63,021 nt of DNA, filler included, from Chiloscyllium plagiosum (GCF_004010195.1; 4 parts of one record of this genome joined end to end with filler, not necessarily neighbours in it), one strand, 5' to 3'. Positions 11,050 to 25,142 are shown, counted from the whole stretch's first letter. The notes: a model not told the origin generated them from the letters alone. Made by a program: numbers and translations.

Positions 11050-13200
11050 TCTGCTATGGGAGCATGAATGGTTAGGGGCTAACTAAGAAAACAGTGCTTA
11101 GAAAAGAAGAAGATGGGTGAGTATTTTTGTTCATAAAGGATGAGATCATTACAGTAGTTAGAAATGATCTTGACTTGGAGAAGGATTATATAAAAAACAA
11201 TTTGGGTAAGAATAAGAAATAGCAAAGGAAGAAGGCACCAGTGGGAATAGTTCCGAAGGCCCTTAACATTTGCTACCGTGTAGGACAGAGTATACATAAA
11301 AATGAGGTCTTGTAAGAAAGGTATGGCAATAATCAACGATGGTATTAATCTTCATATTAATTGATGAATCAAATTGGAAACAGAAGCCTTAATGTAAACA
11401 ATTCAGACTTTAATACCTCTCTGGGACAGGATGGCAGTGTGCATGGCACCAAAATTCCCAGCTATTATCTCTCATTAATAGCACTCCAGGCCTAATTCAA
11501 GGAACAGATGTGGGCAAATGGGGCCGCCATAGAAAACCATCCCACTATCCTTGCTTACAAATCCCCCTGCCAAAGCCACCGTTCCCAGTGGTGCTACGGG
11601 TACTGAAGAACTGTAGGTCTCTAATGTGCAGACAGCTCCCAGGCAGCTCCCAAGGAATTTCTGTCATACTGAAGGTTTAATTCTGTAGGAGGCCTAACAT
11701 TGCCCGGTTAAGTGCCTGATTGGAATTAAATAGTATCAGGCCTCCTCATGAAATGTAATTCCAAATCACAAGTTATTCTCCAGTGTCACCCACATCAAGT
11801 CACAAGCTGAATTTCTAAGGAGTTTGAGATCTCTTTAGTCTTCCTCAAAAAATTACCTCCATTGAAGTTCATTTACCAATCATACACCCATTCTTTAAGT
11901 ATATTAATGCTTTCTTGTATTTTGTCACAGTCTTCCACTGTATTAACTATATCCTCCAATTTCTGGAATCCTGGAAAATGCTGAAATCTACTATTAAGAA
12001 AGTCTTAACAATGCATCCAGAAATTCATAGTATGGTCTGACAAATCAACATGATTTTTCAAAAAGGAAATTATATAGACAAATTCATTAGAGTATTTTGA
12101 GGATATAACTGGTCAGCTAGATAAAGGGGAACCTTTAGATGTGGTGCACTTGGATTTCCCAAAGGTATTTGAAAAGGGACACACTGAAGGTTGTTATGTA
12201 AGTTCTGGGTAATAATTAGCATAGTTGGAGGACTGCTTAATGGACAATAAGTAAAGAGGAATAAAAGGAGCATTTTCAAGTTGCCAAGCTGTGCCACAAG
12301 GATTAGGGCTGGGGCTTCAGCTACTTGCAATCAGTATTATTTAACACTGGCCAAGACATGAAATGAAATGTACATAAGTTTGCTGACAATGCAAACCTAG
12401 GTAGGAATGTAAATTGTGAGGAGGATAATAAAAACATGAATAAACAGATTAAGTGAATGAACAACAAATTGCAGGCAATGCAGAATGTGTGTAAGTATAA
12501 GGCTATTCATGTTGATAGTAAGAATAGAAAAACAGAATTTTCTTAAAGGCATGAAACTTGTAAATGTTGATTCTAAGAAGCATGAGGGTACATGTCAAAG
12601 GAACACTGGATTTAGCATGCAAATAAAGCAAATAACAAGAAAACCAAAAGACATGTTGACCTTTAGTTCATGGGGTTTGGGGGTTCAAGAATAAAACAGC
12701 ATTACTAAAATTATATCGGGCTTTGGCAAAACCATATCTGGAGCACTGTATGCAGTTTTGATTTCCACATTTAATGCATGATTTATTCACACTGAAAACA
12801 GTGCACAAAGGTTTAGCACTAGACTGATCCAAGCAATGAGAAACTGAATGAATTGCTTGTATACTCTCTGGAGTTTAGAAAAATGAGAAGAGATCGCATT
12901 GTAACATTCGTGATGCTGAAGTGGCTTGAACAGGTAGACACAGAGTTGTTTCCCCTAATGAAGGAATTTAGAACATATACTCCACATTCAGGAAATGCAG
13001 CTAATCATTTGGGATTGACTTGAGGAGAAATTTCTCGCCCAGAGTTATCCTTAAAGCCAAGACAGATAGTGAAAAAGGACACATTTTTGGCATCCCAGGA
13101 AATCAAGAGAAAATGGGAATGAGTGAGGTTGAAGCCAAAAATCAGCCATGATCATATTGAATGGTGGAGACTCAAAAAACATATGGCAACCTCCTACTGC
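11050..13200 (+). mobile_element. Ancient, heavily decayed CR1-like LINE fragments
   Basis: Scattered remnants of caacatgatttt...aaaggaaat, aagtttgctgac, ccatatctggagcactgtatgcagttttg; no intact ORF. Confidence 0.5.
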
Positions 13201-13662
13201 TTTCGACTGATCCTTGCATTCAAATCATTTTCTAAAATGGTGCACACTAGGTTCAGCACTTCAATATGTGAAACATCACTTTCCAACTTTTCTCTGACTC
13301 TTTCTCTTTCACTCTAACTCATTGTTTTTTTTTGTAGCCAGCTTATCTATTTGTTAACTATTTCTAGACTGCACTTGGTCTGAAATTAGTTGTGATTCCA
13401 TAATGTAGTACATTACTGATGGCCTTTTGAAAATTCAGATTTAATGTCATGATATTTGGCACAAAGTTAATGGTGAAATCTGACCAACAATATATTCTGA
13501 TATATTATAATTCCGGTGTATCTCATTTTCTTGACAAGCTACTGGCCAAGTTGTGTGTCAATCATCCATCAACTGATATATTTTCAGCAACTTCTGATCA
13601 ATTATCCCTTTTAATGAATTACTGAAATATGATCTGTTAAGGAAGTTAACTAAACTGCTTAC

Positions 13663-13807
13663 CTCCTAGAATTGCTGCTAGGCTAGCAGTTAGGCCAAAC
13701 TGATTTTCAATGAATTTTGGCATAAATGTGACAAATCCAGTGATGACCAGTGCTTCAGTGGTGCCTGCTATAACTAAGAATACGAAAACAGGGTTCCTCA
13801 ACAACAT
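13663..13807 (-). CDS. SLCO4C1: Internal exon of SLCO4C1-like gene (145 bp)
   Basis: ctttccttgcag acceptor, gtaag donor. Encodes MLLRNPVFVFLVIAGTTEALVITGFVTFMPKFIENQFGLTASLAAILG(G), matching OATP4C1 ...EALITTGFATFLPKFIENQFGLTSSFAATLGG. Ends in phase 1, in frame with the 4978-5173 exon. Confidence 0.92.
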
Positions 13808-16800
13808 CTGCAAGGAAAGATATATTTAGCAATTAGTGAGTACAAACTTCTGATGGTTTATTGGATTAATATCATTTTCAATGTACAGCTGAACTGAGTC
13901 TCTAGTTCAACCATAATCTCAGCTACAATCAATATTATCCTTTGCGCAAGAGGGTGAAATCTTAACCTGAGTTCCAAATTCTAAATCTGAGACTGATGGA
14001 CTTTAGGCAGAGACAGAATTGAACTCAATGATGAACCAGGTTGTCAACAATGATATTAAATAGCAAATGTTCAGCATTAACCCACTCAATAAGTTTGCAT
14101 TCTGTAATCACCATGCTGCTCCTGCAAGCCAATAGAAGACAGAGTTAATGTTTTGAGTCTGGTGACCCTTCATCAGAACTTTTATTGCCTGGCTTAACGA
14201 TGAACAAAATAAATTTGGATGACGAACTGAAAGGCAGTTGAAGGCTGTGGAACTGCACCCCTAAATATTCTGAGATGTCGAAGAGAAGTGGGAGTGGAGG
14301 GGTTGCTAAGCTGTGAAAAGAAATGCATAATTCAGTACAAAGTAACCAAGCCACCAAAAACCAAATATACATTCTAATATCAATATTTCCTGTGGAAAGA
14401 TTTATTCTGTGCAGGAGAGGTATGAGTGGAAAAGCCCTTAAGTTTCTAAATAAAAAACTAAAAGAACTGCAAATATTGTAAATCAGAAGCAAAAAGAAAA
14501 ATTGCTGGAAAAGCTCTGCAAGTCGACGTTGATGCCATGGGGTTGAAGGGTCCTGTTGCGGAAAATGAGGGTTCTTCCTCCAGCTGTCGGGTGGTAAGGG
14601 AGTGGCGATGGAGAGGGCCCAGGACCTGCATGTCCTCGGCAGAGAGATAGGGGGAATTGAAATGTTCAGCCACGGGCTGTGGGGTTGTTTGGTGTGAGTG
14701 TCCCAGAGATGTTCTCTGAAGTGCTCTACGAGTAGGCACACAGTCTCCCCAACGTAGAGGAGACGGCATCAGGAGCAAGGGATACAGTAAATGACATGAG
14801 TGGAAATGCAGGTGGAACTTTGATGGATGTGGAAGGCTCCTTTGGGGCTTTGGACGGAGATGAGGGGGGAGGTGTGTGCGCAGGTTTTGCAATTCCTGCG
14901 GTGGTAGGGGAGAGTGCCGGGGGGGGTTGTTAGAGGGCGTGGATCTGACCAGGTAATTGCGGAGGGAACGGTCTTTACAAAAAGCGGATAGGGCTTGGGA
15001 GGAATATCTCTGGTAGTGGGGTCCGATGGTAGCTGGCAGAAATGGCAGAGGATGATGCAATGTATTTGGAGGTTGGTGGAGTGGAAGATGAAGAACAGGG
15101 CAGTTCTGTTCTTGTTGCGGTTGGAGGGGTGGGGTTCGAGGGCAGAGATGCAGGAAGTGGATGAGATGCGCTGGAGGGCATCATCAACCACATGGGAAGG
15201 GAAACTCAGGTCTTTAAAGAAGGAACTGGTCCTCCTGGGAGCAGATATGGCAGACAGATGGGGAATAAGGGATTGTATTTTTGCGAGAGGTAGGCTGGGA
15301 GGAGGTGTAATCAAGGTAGCTGTGGGAGTCGGTGGGTTTGTAGACAATGTCAGTGTTGAGTCGGTCATTGTGATGGAAATGGAGAGGTCCAGGAAGGGGA
15401 GAGAAGTGTCAGAGTTGGTCCAGGTGAACTTAAGGTCGGATTGGAATGTGTTGGTGAAGTTGATGAACTGTTCAAACTCCTCGTGGGAGCATAAGGTGGC
15501 GCTGATGCAGTCATCAATGTAACGGAGGAAAAGGTAGGGAGTGATGCCGGAGTAATTCCGAAAGATAGATTGTTCTACGTAGCTAACAAAGAGACCAGGC
15601 AAAGCTGGCGCCCATGCACGTGCCCATGGGAGGAATTGATGGAGAAATTGTTGAAGGTGAGGGCCAGTTCAGCCAAACGAATAAGAGTGTCAGTGGAAAG
15701 GTACTGGTAGGGACGTTGGGGGTGGAAGAAACTGAGGGCTTGGAGGCCTTGATCATGGTGGTTGGAGGTGTATAGGGGCTGGATGTTTATGGTGAAGTTG
15801 AGGCGTTGGGGGCCAGGGAAACAGAAGTCTTGGAGGAGGTGCAGCCATGGATGGTATCTTGAACGTATGTGTGGAGTTCCTTGACCGGGGGAATAGGTCA
15901 GTATCGAGATAGGTGGAGATGAATTCAGTGGGGCAGGAGCAGGCTGAGACGATGGGTCGGCCGGGGTAGTCAGGCTTGTGAATTATGAGTAGGAGGTAGA
16001 ATCGGGAGGTGTGGGTTTCCCGAACTATGAGGTTGAAAGCTGTGGGTAGGAGATCCCCTGAGGTGAAGAGGTTGTGTACAGTCTGGGAGATGATGGTTTG
16101 GTGGTGCAGGTGAGCTCATGGTCAAGGGATGGTAGGAAGGTGTCTTCAAGTTGGCGCCAAGCTTCAGCAGTGTAAAGGTCAGTGTGCCAAACTACCACTG
16201 CACCCCCCTTGTCTGCTGGTTTGATGGTGAGTTTGGGGTTGGAGCAGAAGGCATGGAGGGTTGCGCATTGTGAGGGTGAGAGGTCGGATTGGGGGAGGGA
16301 GGTAGAGAGGTTGAGGTGGTCAATGTCTCGGCAGCAGTTGTAAATTAAGAGGTCGAGCGTGGGTAACAGACCGGCATGGGGCATCCAGGTGGATGGGGTG
16401 TGTTGCAAGCTGGCGAAGAGGTCCTTGGTGCGTGGGCAGGAGTCCTGATTGAAAAAGTAAGCTTGGAGGTGGAGGCAAAGGAAGTAGTGTTTGACGTTAT
16501 ACCGCGTATCAAATTCGTTGATGCATGGAGATGAAGATAAGGCCTTTGCTGAGGACAGTGGTCGGGGGGGGAAGCAAACTCGGCAGGGCTGAGAGCTAGG
16601 ACCTGGTGTAGGGCTGGATCTGGGAGTGTGGGAGGCGGAGACTGTGACTGGAGTGGGAGTGTGAGTGGGGGAATGGGGGTGACATCATTTGCTGAAGTGA
16701 TGCTCACCCCGGGGTTCTGGGGGAGCGGGTGTGGTGACAGTGGGATCCATGGGGGTGTGTTGGTGGTGTGCAGGTGTGGTGCGTAAGTGGGGGCAGAAGT

Positions 16801-17247
16801 GGTGGCAACGACGGCAACTGCGGGGGCGCAAGCGACGAAACGCGTGGTGTAGATGATGTCATCGGAAGTGGAAGTGGCTGCAGCGGCAGCAACAGAGGGG
16901 GCGGAAGTGTGGTTCCGGTTGGACCTTGCATTGTCTTGGCGGCAGTGGATCCCATCGTGATCAGCAGCGGTGTCTGGCCGCCGGTTGCAGCGGCTGTTGT
17001 CCGGCCAGCGATCGTGGAGGTGGCATGAGTAGCCGTGGCTGCAAGCTGCCGCACGGCGGGGGCAGAGATGACATCATCGATTGCCGCGACGATGACGGCT
17101 GGCACGGCCTCATGGCTGATGGTGGCCAAGCAGTCCCAGAAGCTGGGAAAGCTTCTGGAATGTTCCAGGAACGCTGACTATTGAGGTGGGTACATAAAAG
17201 TTTGTTGTACTTATGGTTTTTGACGTTTGAAATGGTGTAGAAATATA

Positions 17248-20087
17248 TAGAACATAGAAAAGCACAGCACAGAACAGGCCCTTTGGCCCACGATGTTGTG
17301 CCAAGATTTAATCCTAATGTAAAATATAGTAACAACCTACGCACCCCTCAATTCACTGTTCTCCATGTGCATGTCCAGCAGTCACTTAAATGTCCCCAAT
17401 GACTCTGCTTCCACCACCACCGCTGGTAACGCATTCCATGCATTCACAACTCTCTGTGTAAAGAACCTACCTCTGATGTCTCTGCATTAGATTAGATTAC
17501 AGTGTGGAAACAGGCCCTTCAGCCCAACCCGCCGAAGCGCAACCCACCCATACCCCTACATTTACCCCTTACCTAACACTACGGGCAATTTAGCATGGCC
17601 AATTCACCTTACCTGCACATCTTTGGACTGTGGGAGGAAACCGCCTGCCCTGGGGAAAAGTCTCTGGCTATTGACTCTATCTATTCCTCTCATTATTTTG
17701 TACATCTCTATCAGGTCTCCTCTCTTCCTCCTTCTCTCTAGAGAGAAAAGTCCAAGTTTATTCAACCTTTCTTCATAAGGCAAGCCGTCCAGTCCAGGCA
17801 GCATCCTGGTAAACCTTCTTTGCACTCTCTCCAAAGCCTCTGTATCTTTCCTATAATAGGGCGACCAGAACTGGACACAATATTCCACGTGTGGCCTCAC
17901 CAGGGACTTGAGAGCTGCAGCAAAACCTCATGGCTCTTAAACTCCATCCCCCTGTTAATGAAAGCCAAAACACCATATGCTTCCTTAACAACCCTATCCA
18001 CTTGGGTGACAACTTTGAGGGATCTATGTACTTGCACACCCAGATCCCTCTGTTCCTCCACATTGCCAAGAATCCTGTCTTTAATCCTATATTCAGCATT
18101 CGAGTTCAACCTTCCAAAATGCATCACTTCGCATTTATCCAGGTTGAACTCCATCTGCCATTTCTCAGCCCAGCTCTGCATTCTGTCCATGTCGCGCTGC
18201 AGCCTGCAGTAGCCCTCTATACTATCGATGACACTTCCAACCTTTTGTTATCTGCAAATTTACTAACCCACCTCTCAACCTCCTCATCCAAGTCATTTAT
18301 AAAAACTACAAAAAGCAGAGGCCCAAGAACAGAGCCCTGCGGGACCCCACTTAACACTGTCCTCCAGGCAGAATACTTTGCATCTACAACCACTCTCTGC
18401 CTTCTGTTAGTGAGCCAATTCTGAATCCAGATAGCCAAATCTCCCTGTATCCCATACTCCTGACTTTATGAATGAGCCTACCATAGGGAACCCCATCAAA
18501 TGCCTTGCTGAAGTCCATATACACCACATTCACTGCTCGACCTTTATCAACCTATCTTGACACCTCCTCAAAGAACTCAATAAGATTTGTGAGGCATGAC
18601 CTGCCCCTCACAAAGCCATGCTGACAGCCTTTAATCACACTATGCTTTGCCAAATAGTCATAAATCCTACCCCTCAGAATTCTTTCCAAAACTTTGCTGA
18701 CCACAGACGTAAGACTGACTGGTCTGTAATTGCCAGCGATTTCCCTATTACCCTTCTTGAAAAGAGGAACAACATTCGCCTCCTTCCAATCCTTCAGTAC
18801 GACTCCCATGGAGAGTGAGGAGGCAAATATCCTTGCCAGTGGGTTAGCAACCTCCTTTCTCGCTTCCCGGAGCAGCCTAGGATAAATCTGGTCTGGTCCT
18901 GGGGACTTATCAATCTTAATGTTTTCCAAAATTTCTAGTACATCATCTTCATCAATCTTGATCCGGTCAAGACTGTATCCCAGCTCCTCTAAGTTTTCAT
19001 TTACAACAAGTTCCCTCTCTTTGGTGAAAACCAAAGCAAAAAACTCATTTAGGGCTTCCCCTATCTGCTCAGACTCCACGAACAAGTTCCCTCCACTATC
19101 CCTGATTGGCTCTACCTTCTCTCTGATCATTCTCTTATTCCTCACGTATGAGTAAAACGCCTTTGGGTTCTCCCTAATCCTTATTGCCAAGCCTTTTTCG
19201 TGCCCCCTCCTGGCTTTCCTCAGTCCATTTCTGAGCACTTTTCTAGCAAGCCCATAATCCTCTAAAGCTGTGCTAGATCCTTGCTTCCTCCACCTTACAT
19301 AAGCTGCCCTCTTCCTTTTGACAAGAAGTTCCTCTGTTCTTGTCATCCAAGATTCCTTAATCTTACCTCTTCTTACCTGCTTCAGAGGAAAGAATTTGTG
19401 CATCACTCGCAACAACTGCTCCTTAAGTAGTCTCCATATGTTTGCTGTACCCTTTCTGTGGAACTATTGCTCCCAGTTTGTACTTCCCAACTCCTGTCTG
19501 ATAGCATCATAATTTCCTTTTCCCCAACTGAATATTTTCCCTTGGTAATTGTTCCTTTCACTTTCCAAGGCTATGCTAAATGTGAGGCAGTTATGATCAC
19601 TGCCACCAAAGTGCTCCCCCACCGCGAGATCTGACACCTGTCGTGGCTCGTTGCTGAGCACCAAATCCAAAATGGCCTCTCCCCTCGTCGGTCTGTCGAC
19701 ATACTGAGTAAGGAAACCCTCCTGAACACACCTTACAAAACTGGCTCCATCCAAACCATCTACACTTAGGAGGTTCCAGTCGATATTGGGAAAGTTGAAA
19801 TCACCCATAACAACAACCCTGCTACTTTTGCATTTTTCCATAATCTGCCTGCCTATGAGATCTTTAATCTCTCTATTGCTATTAGGTGGTCTGTAGAAAA
19901 CCCCCAATGCAGTGGCTGTTCCCTTGCTGTTCCTAACTTCCACCCATACTGACTCAGTAGACAAACCTTCTTCAACAACCTTCGTTTCTGTAGCTGTGAT
20001 GCACTCTCTGATTAGCAATGCTACACCCCTCCTCTTTTTCCACCCTCCCTGTTCTTTTTAAACGTTCTAAACCCTGGAACATCAAGC
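17248..20087 (-). mobile_element. 5'-truncated CR1 (HER1-like) LINE inserted into the PLE
   Basis: Endonuclease (GVFYRPP, MGDFNFP, GSDHN) and RT (NYRPVSLTS, GVPQGSVLGP, FAD) motifs; (ttctatg) 3' tail at ~17248-17260; atata duplicated at 17243-17247 and 20088-20092. Confidence 0.9.
17486..17642 (-). mobile_element. 5'-truncated V-SINE inside the CR1 3' region
   Basis: Matches the 3' half of the SINE at 21785-22062, with (aatct) tail. Confidence 0.8.
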
Positions 20088-21784
20088 ATATAGTTTGTTA
20101 AGTGTATGAATTCTTCTGAGCATATAATACAGTAGGGGTCCTTTGCAATTCTGAGAGAGTGTGGCCCTCAGTTGAGGCAGGGTTGACTGTAGAGAGCTTA
20201 GATGGTAACGCATTGCTGCGAGTGTGGAGCGGAGGATCCGGAAGGAGAACCGTTGCTGCAGGTTTTGAATTTGTAGTCTGTACTGGTTGTCCTGTTCAGA
20301 TCCAAACTGTGTTGGTCTGAATGTGGTTCAGAGTCCATGTGGGATCAGTTGGTTCCGTAAGCAGGCACTGAGGAAGGAGATGTGGCTGCAGTAGTGAGTC
20401 TATTTCAGGATGTGGCTGAAGAAGTTCAGGGCGGAGGAGATGACCTGGGGTTGCAGTGAGAGAGAGAGAGAGACTCACTGAGATCCTTGTAGAGAGAGGA
20501 AGAGAACTTCTTCAAGGTAGGCATTCTTGGAAGAGGATTCGCAGTAAGATTAAAATCAACTAGGCGGAACTGACTACTGCAGATGCTGGAGATCAGAGTC
20601 AATGTTAGAGTGGTGCTGGAAAAGCACAGCAGGTCAGGCAGCATCTGAGGAACAGGAAAATTGATGTTTCGGGCAAAAGCTTCTTGCTGCAGCTTCTTGG
20701 CAATGATGGCCATTGCATCCCATATACCAGTCCGTCAATCCTATTCTCCTTGAACATTCAGACAAAGTCCCTGATTGTTCTTATGTCAGGGTCCTCTCCT
20801 CCTGGGACGAATCAGTCCTCTAAGTGCCAGTTAGGAGGGAGAACTTCTTCCTCAGATAGCTGTGGAGTCAAAGAAGTGAGATGCTCAGTAGATTATGCTA
20901 CCGTATTTTCTAACGCTAATGTTCCCACCAAGATGTCAGTACCTAAAGTGGTGCGGGAGTGCAGAAGCCAGTCTTGTGCTATAGAGACCTCAGGGTCTTT
21001 ATGCTCTTGTCCTCGAGGTCAAGGAGGTGACTTCTCGCAGAGCAGCCCATTTCCCTCAGGAGGATATGGCACCAGCCTTTCTGGTCTCTTGGTAGTTATC
21101 TGGTTTGTGGCAAGTTGTTCCAGAAACAGTACATAGTAAGATGGATATGGAGTCAGATGTTGGGCATGCCAAATGGGCAGGGTAGGTACTTAATGAAGCG
21201 AGTTTAGAAAGACGTGGTGAGAAGTTTCTCTTGGCCTTGCAGCAGTAATTCCTCAAACAGTACAACTCAACTCGCACTTGTCCATTATCTTTATCCCCTT
21301 GGTCCCCGGTTAGTTCAGTAGCTGAGAAAGCTGGTTTGTGATGCACAGCAATGGTAACAGCTAGTGTTCAATTCCTAACCAGCTGAGGTTACCATGAAGG
21401 ACTTAACCGCTCCCATTACCTGGAGGATAGTGATCCTTGGATTAAGCCAACATTAGTTGCCTTTCTTTAATAAGACAGCAGCTCTATGGGCACTTTGTTC
21501 TTGCTTCATTTTGCTCCTGCTGTGTAGAACAGCTAATATGTTGTCACTAACTAGTGTTGATCGGTATCCTGAATGAAAGGTTAATTCTTTTACCAGTAAT
21601 TGACACATCATGTTACATACTCTGAAGTATGTAAAATATTTTCTCTCAACTTCTCACCGAACAACATCTTTCGCTCCTTTGTTGAAAGTAAGAACTCTAA
21701 CTGACCTATGATTTCAAAAGAAAAGTTCATACATGTCAAATCTTGACAGTGAGTACTAACTGACTGAAAGCTGAGCTCAATCCT

Positions 21785-22062
21785 ATTAGATTAGATTAGA
21801 TTACATTACAGTGTGGAAACAGGCCCTTCGGCCCAACAAGTCCACACCGACCCGCAAAAGCGCAACTCACCCATACCCCTACATTTACCCCTTACCTAAC
21901 ACTACGGGCAATTTAGCATGGCCAATTCACCTGACCTGCACATCTTTGGACTGTGAGAGGAACCCACGCAGACACGGGGAGAACGTACAAACTCCACACA
22001 GTCAGTCGCCTGAGGCGGGAATTGAACCCGGGTCTCTGGCGCTGTGAGGCAGCAGTGCTAAC
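21785..22062 (-). mobile_element. V-SINE (HE1-like)
   Basis: tRNA-like head with B box gggttcaattccc, V-domain, (aatct)n tail. Confidence 0.85.
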
Positions 22063-22815
22063 CTCTCACTGTATAAACGGTATCTCCGAATCTTCACTGT
22101 ATATGTGCTGCATTTACATGTTCCAGCATAAAGTTTATTGTGAGTAGGAACTTTAGCTGATTGATTCCCCTACTTTGTGTTCACAGTGTAAAGCTTTTGC
22201 TGCTAACTCATTTGAAATCATCGAACACAGCATACACAAAGAATAAAATTGTGTATTGTTCAGAACCACATACAGCTATGCATTTGCTTCTAAATCGTCA
22301 GGATTACCTGATATAAAAACTAGTTTTAAAATTTTGTTCTTTTATCACTATTTTCTTTCATCGATGAACATCTAACTTACTTGCCTTTTAAATTTGCAGA
22401 TTAATGGAGATGGGAAAGGTGGAACTGTTACAAAACTAATCCCAATTCGCCTGACTTTCATTTATTTCATTATTCCCGATAGCATCCTTTCATCTTAATG
22501 GGATTGGATTGGCAAGGGAAATTACTCATCAGGGGGAGGAAGAGGAGAAGGAATAGGATATGAAATTCAAATCAAATGATTGACTAACACAATTTGTAAG
22601 ATTGCATTAAAAAGCAAAGCAGGAAGACACAGATGGTGGAGGAGAAAGACAAAAAAGACAGAATAGTTAGTCTTTCTGTCTCCAAGGCCAAAAATAGAAA
22701 TGGAACTTACGGGCAGTGAATTTTGCAACAAATCAGCGATAGTAAATGCGTTTCAGACTTCATGTTATATTTTTATTGGAGCCATGGAATATATTGCTTT
22801 TTAATTATCAATGAT

Positions 22816-23830
22816 CTTCTTCTTCTTAGGCAGTCTCTTGAGATTGAGGATGACTTTCTTCCACTCTAGAATTATGGATCCTGAGGTGAGTAAACAGACT
22901 AATGATCTGTACACTCTGCCATAGGTGGAACAGGAAGTTTTTAATGACGTGGGTGACTGGGATGCTCGAATTAGCTCACAGTCTTCCTGGTGTTTGAACT
23001 TGGTCTCTATCTGGGTTTGTCAGAGATGCTCAAAATGGATTACACCCTCAGAGATGCTTTATTTCCAGTCAGGGCGATGTTAAGTGAGACAGTTCCATGA
23101 GGGAATAAGGAAGTCGCATCTTCCAGGGAGGAAACTAAAGCATTTTATCTTCTCTCCTGGTAAAAACTTTCCATGACATAGTTCAGAGTAGAAAGCTTGC
23201 TTCAAAGCACTTGTGTGAAGTACACAGATAATGTGGCTCACCCCAGCGCAGTTGATTGACTGTAATCAGTGCCTCTATGCTGGGGATGTTGGTGTGAAAG
23301 AGGATACTAACATTAGAGCACTCATTCTGCCATTAGATTTAGAGGACTTTACAAAAGCATCCTCCAGTGGCGCTTTCTTGAGGGATTTGAAGCATCAGCT
23401 GTATATTGTCCATCTTGCCGTCCTGTAGAGGAGGGTGGTTAACAGAATTGTCTGGTCGACTATGAGCTTGGCACCAGGTTTGAGGTCTTTGTCATCAAAC
23501 ACTCTGTTCTTCACATGATCAAAGAATATCCTGGAACAATGGAGATGTTGTTGAATTTCATCACTGATAAAATACTTCCTCAGTGACAGGATGCTCCCAA
23601 GAGAATTGATCCATGCCACCTAGTGTCGGACCACCTGCCCCCCCCCCCACCCCCCCCCCCCCACCCAAACCCCCCATCAACCCATGAATCTTGATAGTCA
23701 GGGACAATGTTGAGTGAACAAGCAGGCTGGCAGATGACCTTTGCTTCCCTGAAATTTAGCTGAAGGCATATTTTAAAAATGCTGCCATGAATGGACAGCA
23801 GTGGTCAGTCACTCCAACATAGTCACATGT
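22816..23830 (-). mobile_element. RTE-clade LINE 3' fragment
   Basis: DEIQQHL...KNRVFDDKDLKPGAKLIV...LLY; 3' end ...gactgcctaagaagaagaag with (GAA)n tail. Confidence 0.7.
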
Positions 23831-25142
23831 GAGTATAGAGCTTCCTTCACAGCAGAACAGAAAAAGAAATAAATGAAAACCAAGCTATCTACATATAGGA
23901 CACAGTTAGAAAAATCTTAAAACACACGGTAAAACAAAATTTTCCACCTACCTCCTAACAACACAATTTTATAGAAATTCAAATCAAGAAGGAAGTATAC
24001 CTCTACATCAAAACTTTTTAAGTTTTGCTTAACTGATTCTCCTCAGTTGCTGTCCTGTGAGCTGTGGAGTCTTCTTATGCGAATATGCACAAATTGGGAT
24101 CTTTGATTTTCTCAGCATTTAATAACCTGCAGATTTCTAACTAAATTGCAGTTTTTAGATTGCAGTTTTTAAATTGCAGTTAAATCTTCCAGCTGTGACA
24201 ACTGATTTCCTTGACCTACTCTAAAGACTTCTACCTCGCAGGGAAACGAGTCAATCACCTCTGGACTGCCTCTAAAATTTCAATCTTGGATTTTCTAAAT
24301 CAAAAGTCAATCCTTACTGATTCTGAACTGAAAACAAGTTAATACCCTTTAATGTTTAATCTACTTGTCGTAAACCACAACAGTGTGAAGCACTCGATGA
24401 CACATTCCCGAGTACATTAGCACCTGACCGAGTTATTTTTAGAACTCTATACAAAAGTAACCAACATCCATATGCCACTATCTTGAAATCTGAATTTAAA
24501 AGTTAATATTAATATCTCTATAAATTATCACACTTGCCCACCACTCCACTCATATCCATGAAGTTTCCTGTTGGAGTGGTTCTTCTACACAGAGTGGAAA
24601 ACTGTGTTCAACAAATCTCACCTCCAGTCCAGAATTAGGACCACCCCATTCTCTGCCTTTGAGCTGCAGCATAAAGACGACACCTGCTACTTTCAATGCT
24701 AATGCTTTGCCATGTCCTTAGCTAACTGGCCAATGTCATGCTGAATAATTAAAAGTAAATAAATATGTCCAGTGCCTTTGTGCAAACTATAACCACTTCT
24801 CTAAGTTTTTAATTGACTCATTTTTCCAGAAGAATTGTAGACTTGTTTTCAGTCACTGGAAACAGCACAGCAGACAAACGTGGCGACCATGAAATACCAA
24901 GGTGAGAATATCTAGTTAGTAGATGGCTCAGATATGGCTGCTTCAAAATGTTGCCTATTAATCGATATAATACATTTAATGCTGCACATTGAAAAGTATA
25001 ACTGCTAGACTGTTTACCGTGCATGACTATAAGACATCAAATTAGACATTCAAGCAGCTAATAACAGCTGAAACCCTGTGTGGCACTTCCAACAAAAGTA
25101 TAGGCAGTAGAGGGCCCAAAACAGTTTTCCAATGCAGAAAGA

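Larger units (their letters stand above)
14461..20685 (-). mobile_element. Near-complete decayed Penelope-like element (pLTR, N-terminus, RT, GIY-YIG), split by a CR1 insertion
   Basis: pLTR 20561-20685; ORF start MPTLKKFSSSLYKDL; HISFLSACLRNQLIPHGL; IKPADKGGAVVVW; LFLRYIDDC; SLPFLDL; HVIYCIPC...YVGET. The reading frame LNKLYFYTISNV is restored on removing 17248-20092. Confidence 0.85.

Noticed and set aside
16704..17177. Ala/Thr/Pro- and Gly-rich ORFs suggesting a mucin-like host gene or CpG island
   Set aside because: They lie inside the Penelope ORF as a low-complexity linker.
21621..21705. Minus-strand AG...GT-bounded 85-bp segment as a candidate upstream SLCO4C1 exon
   Set aside because: Translation (QLEFLLSTKERKMLFGEKLRENILHTS) does not convincingly match OATP4C1, and its end phase is incompatible with the phase-0 exon at 13807.
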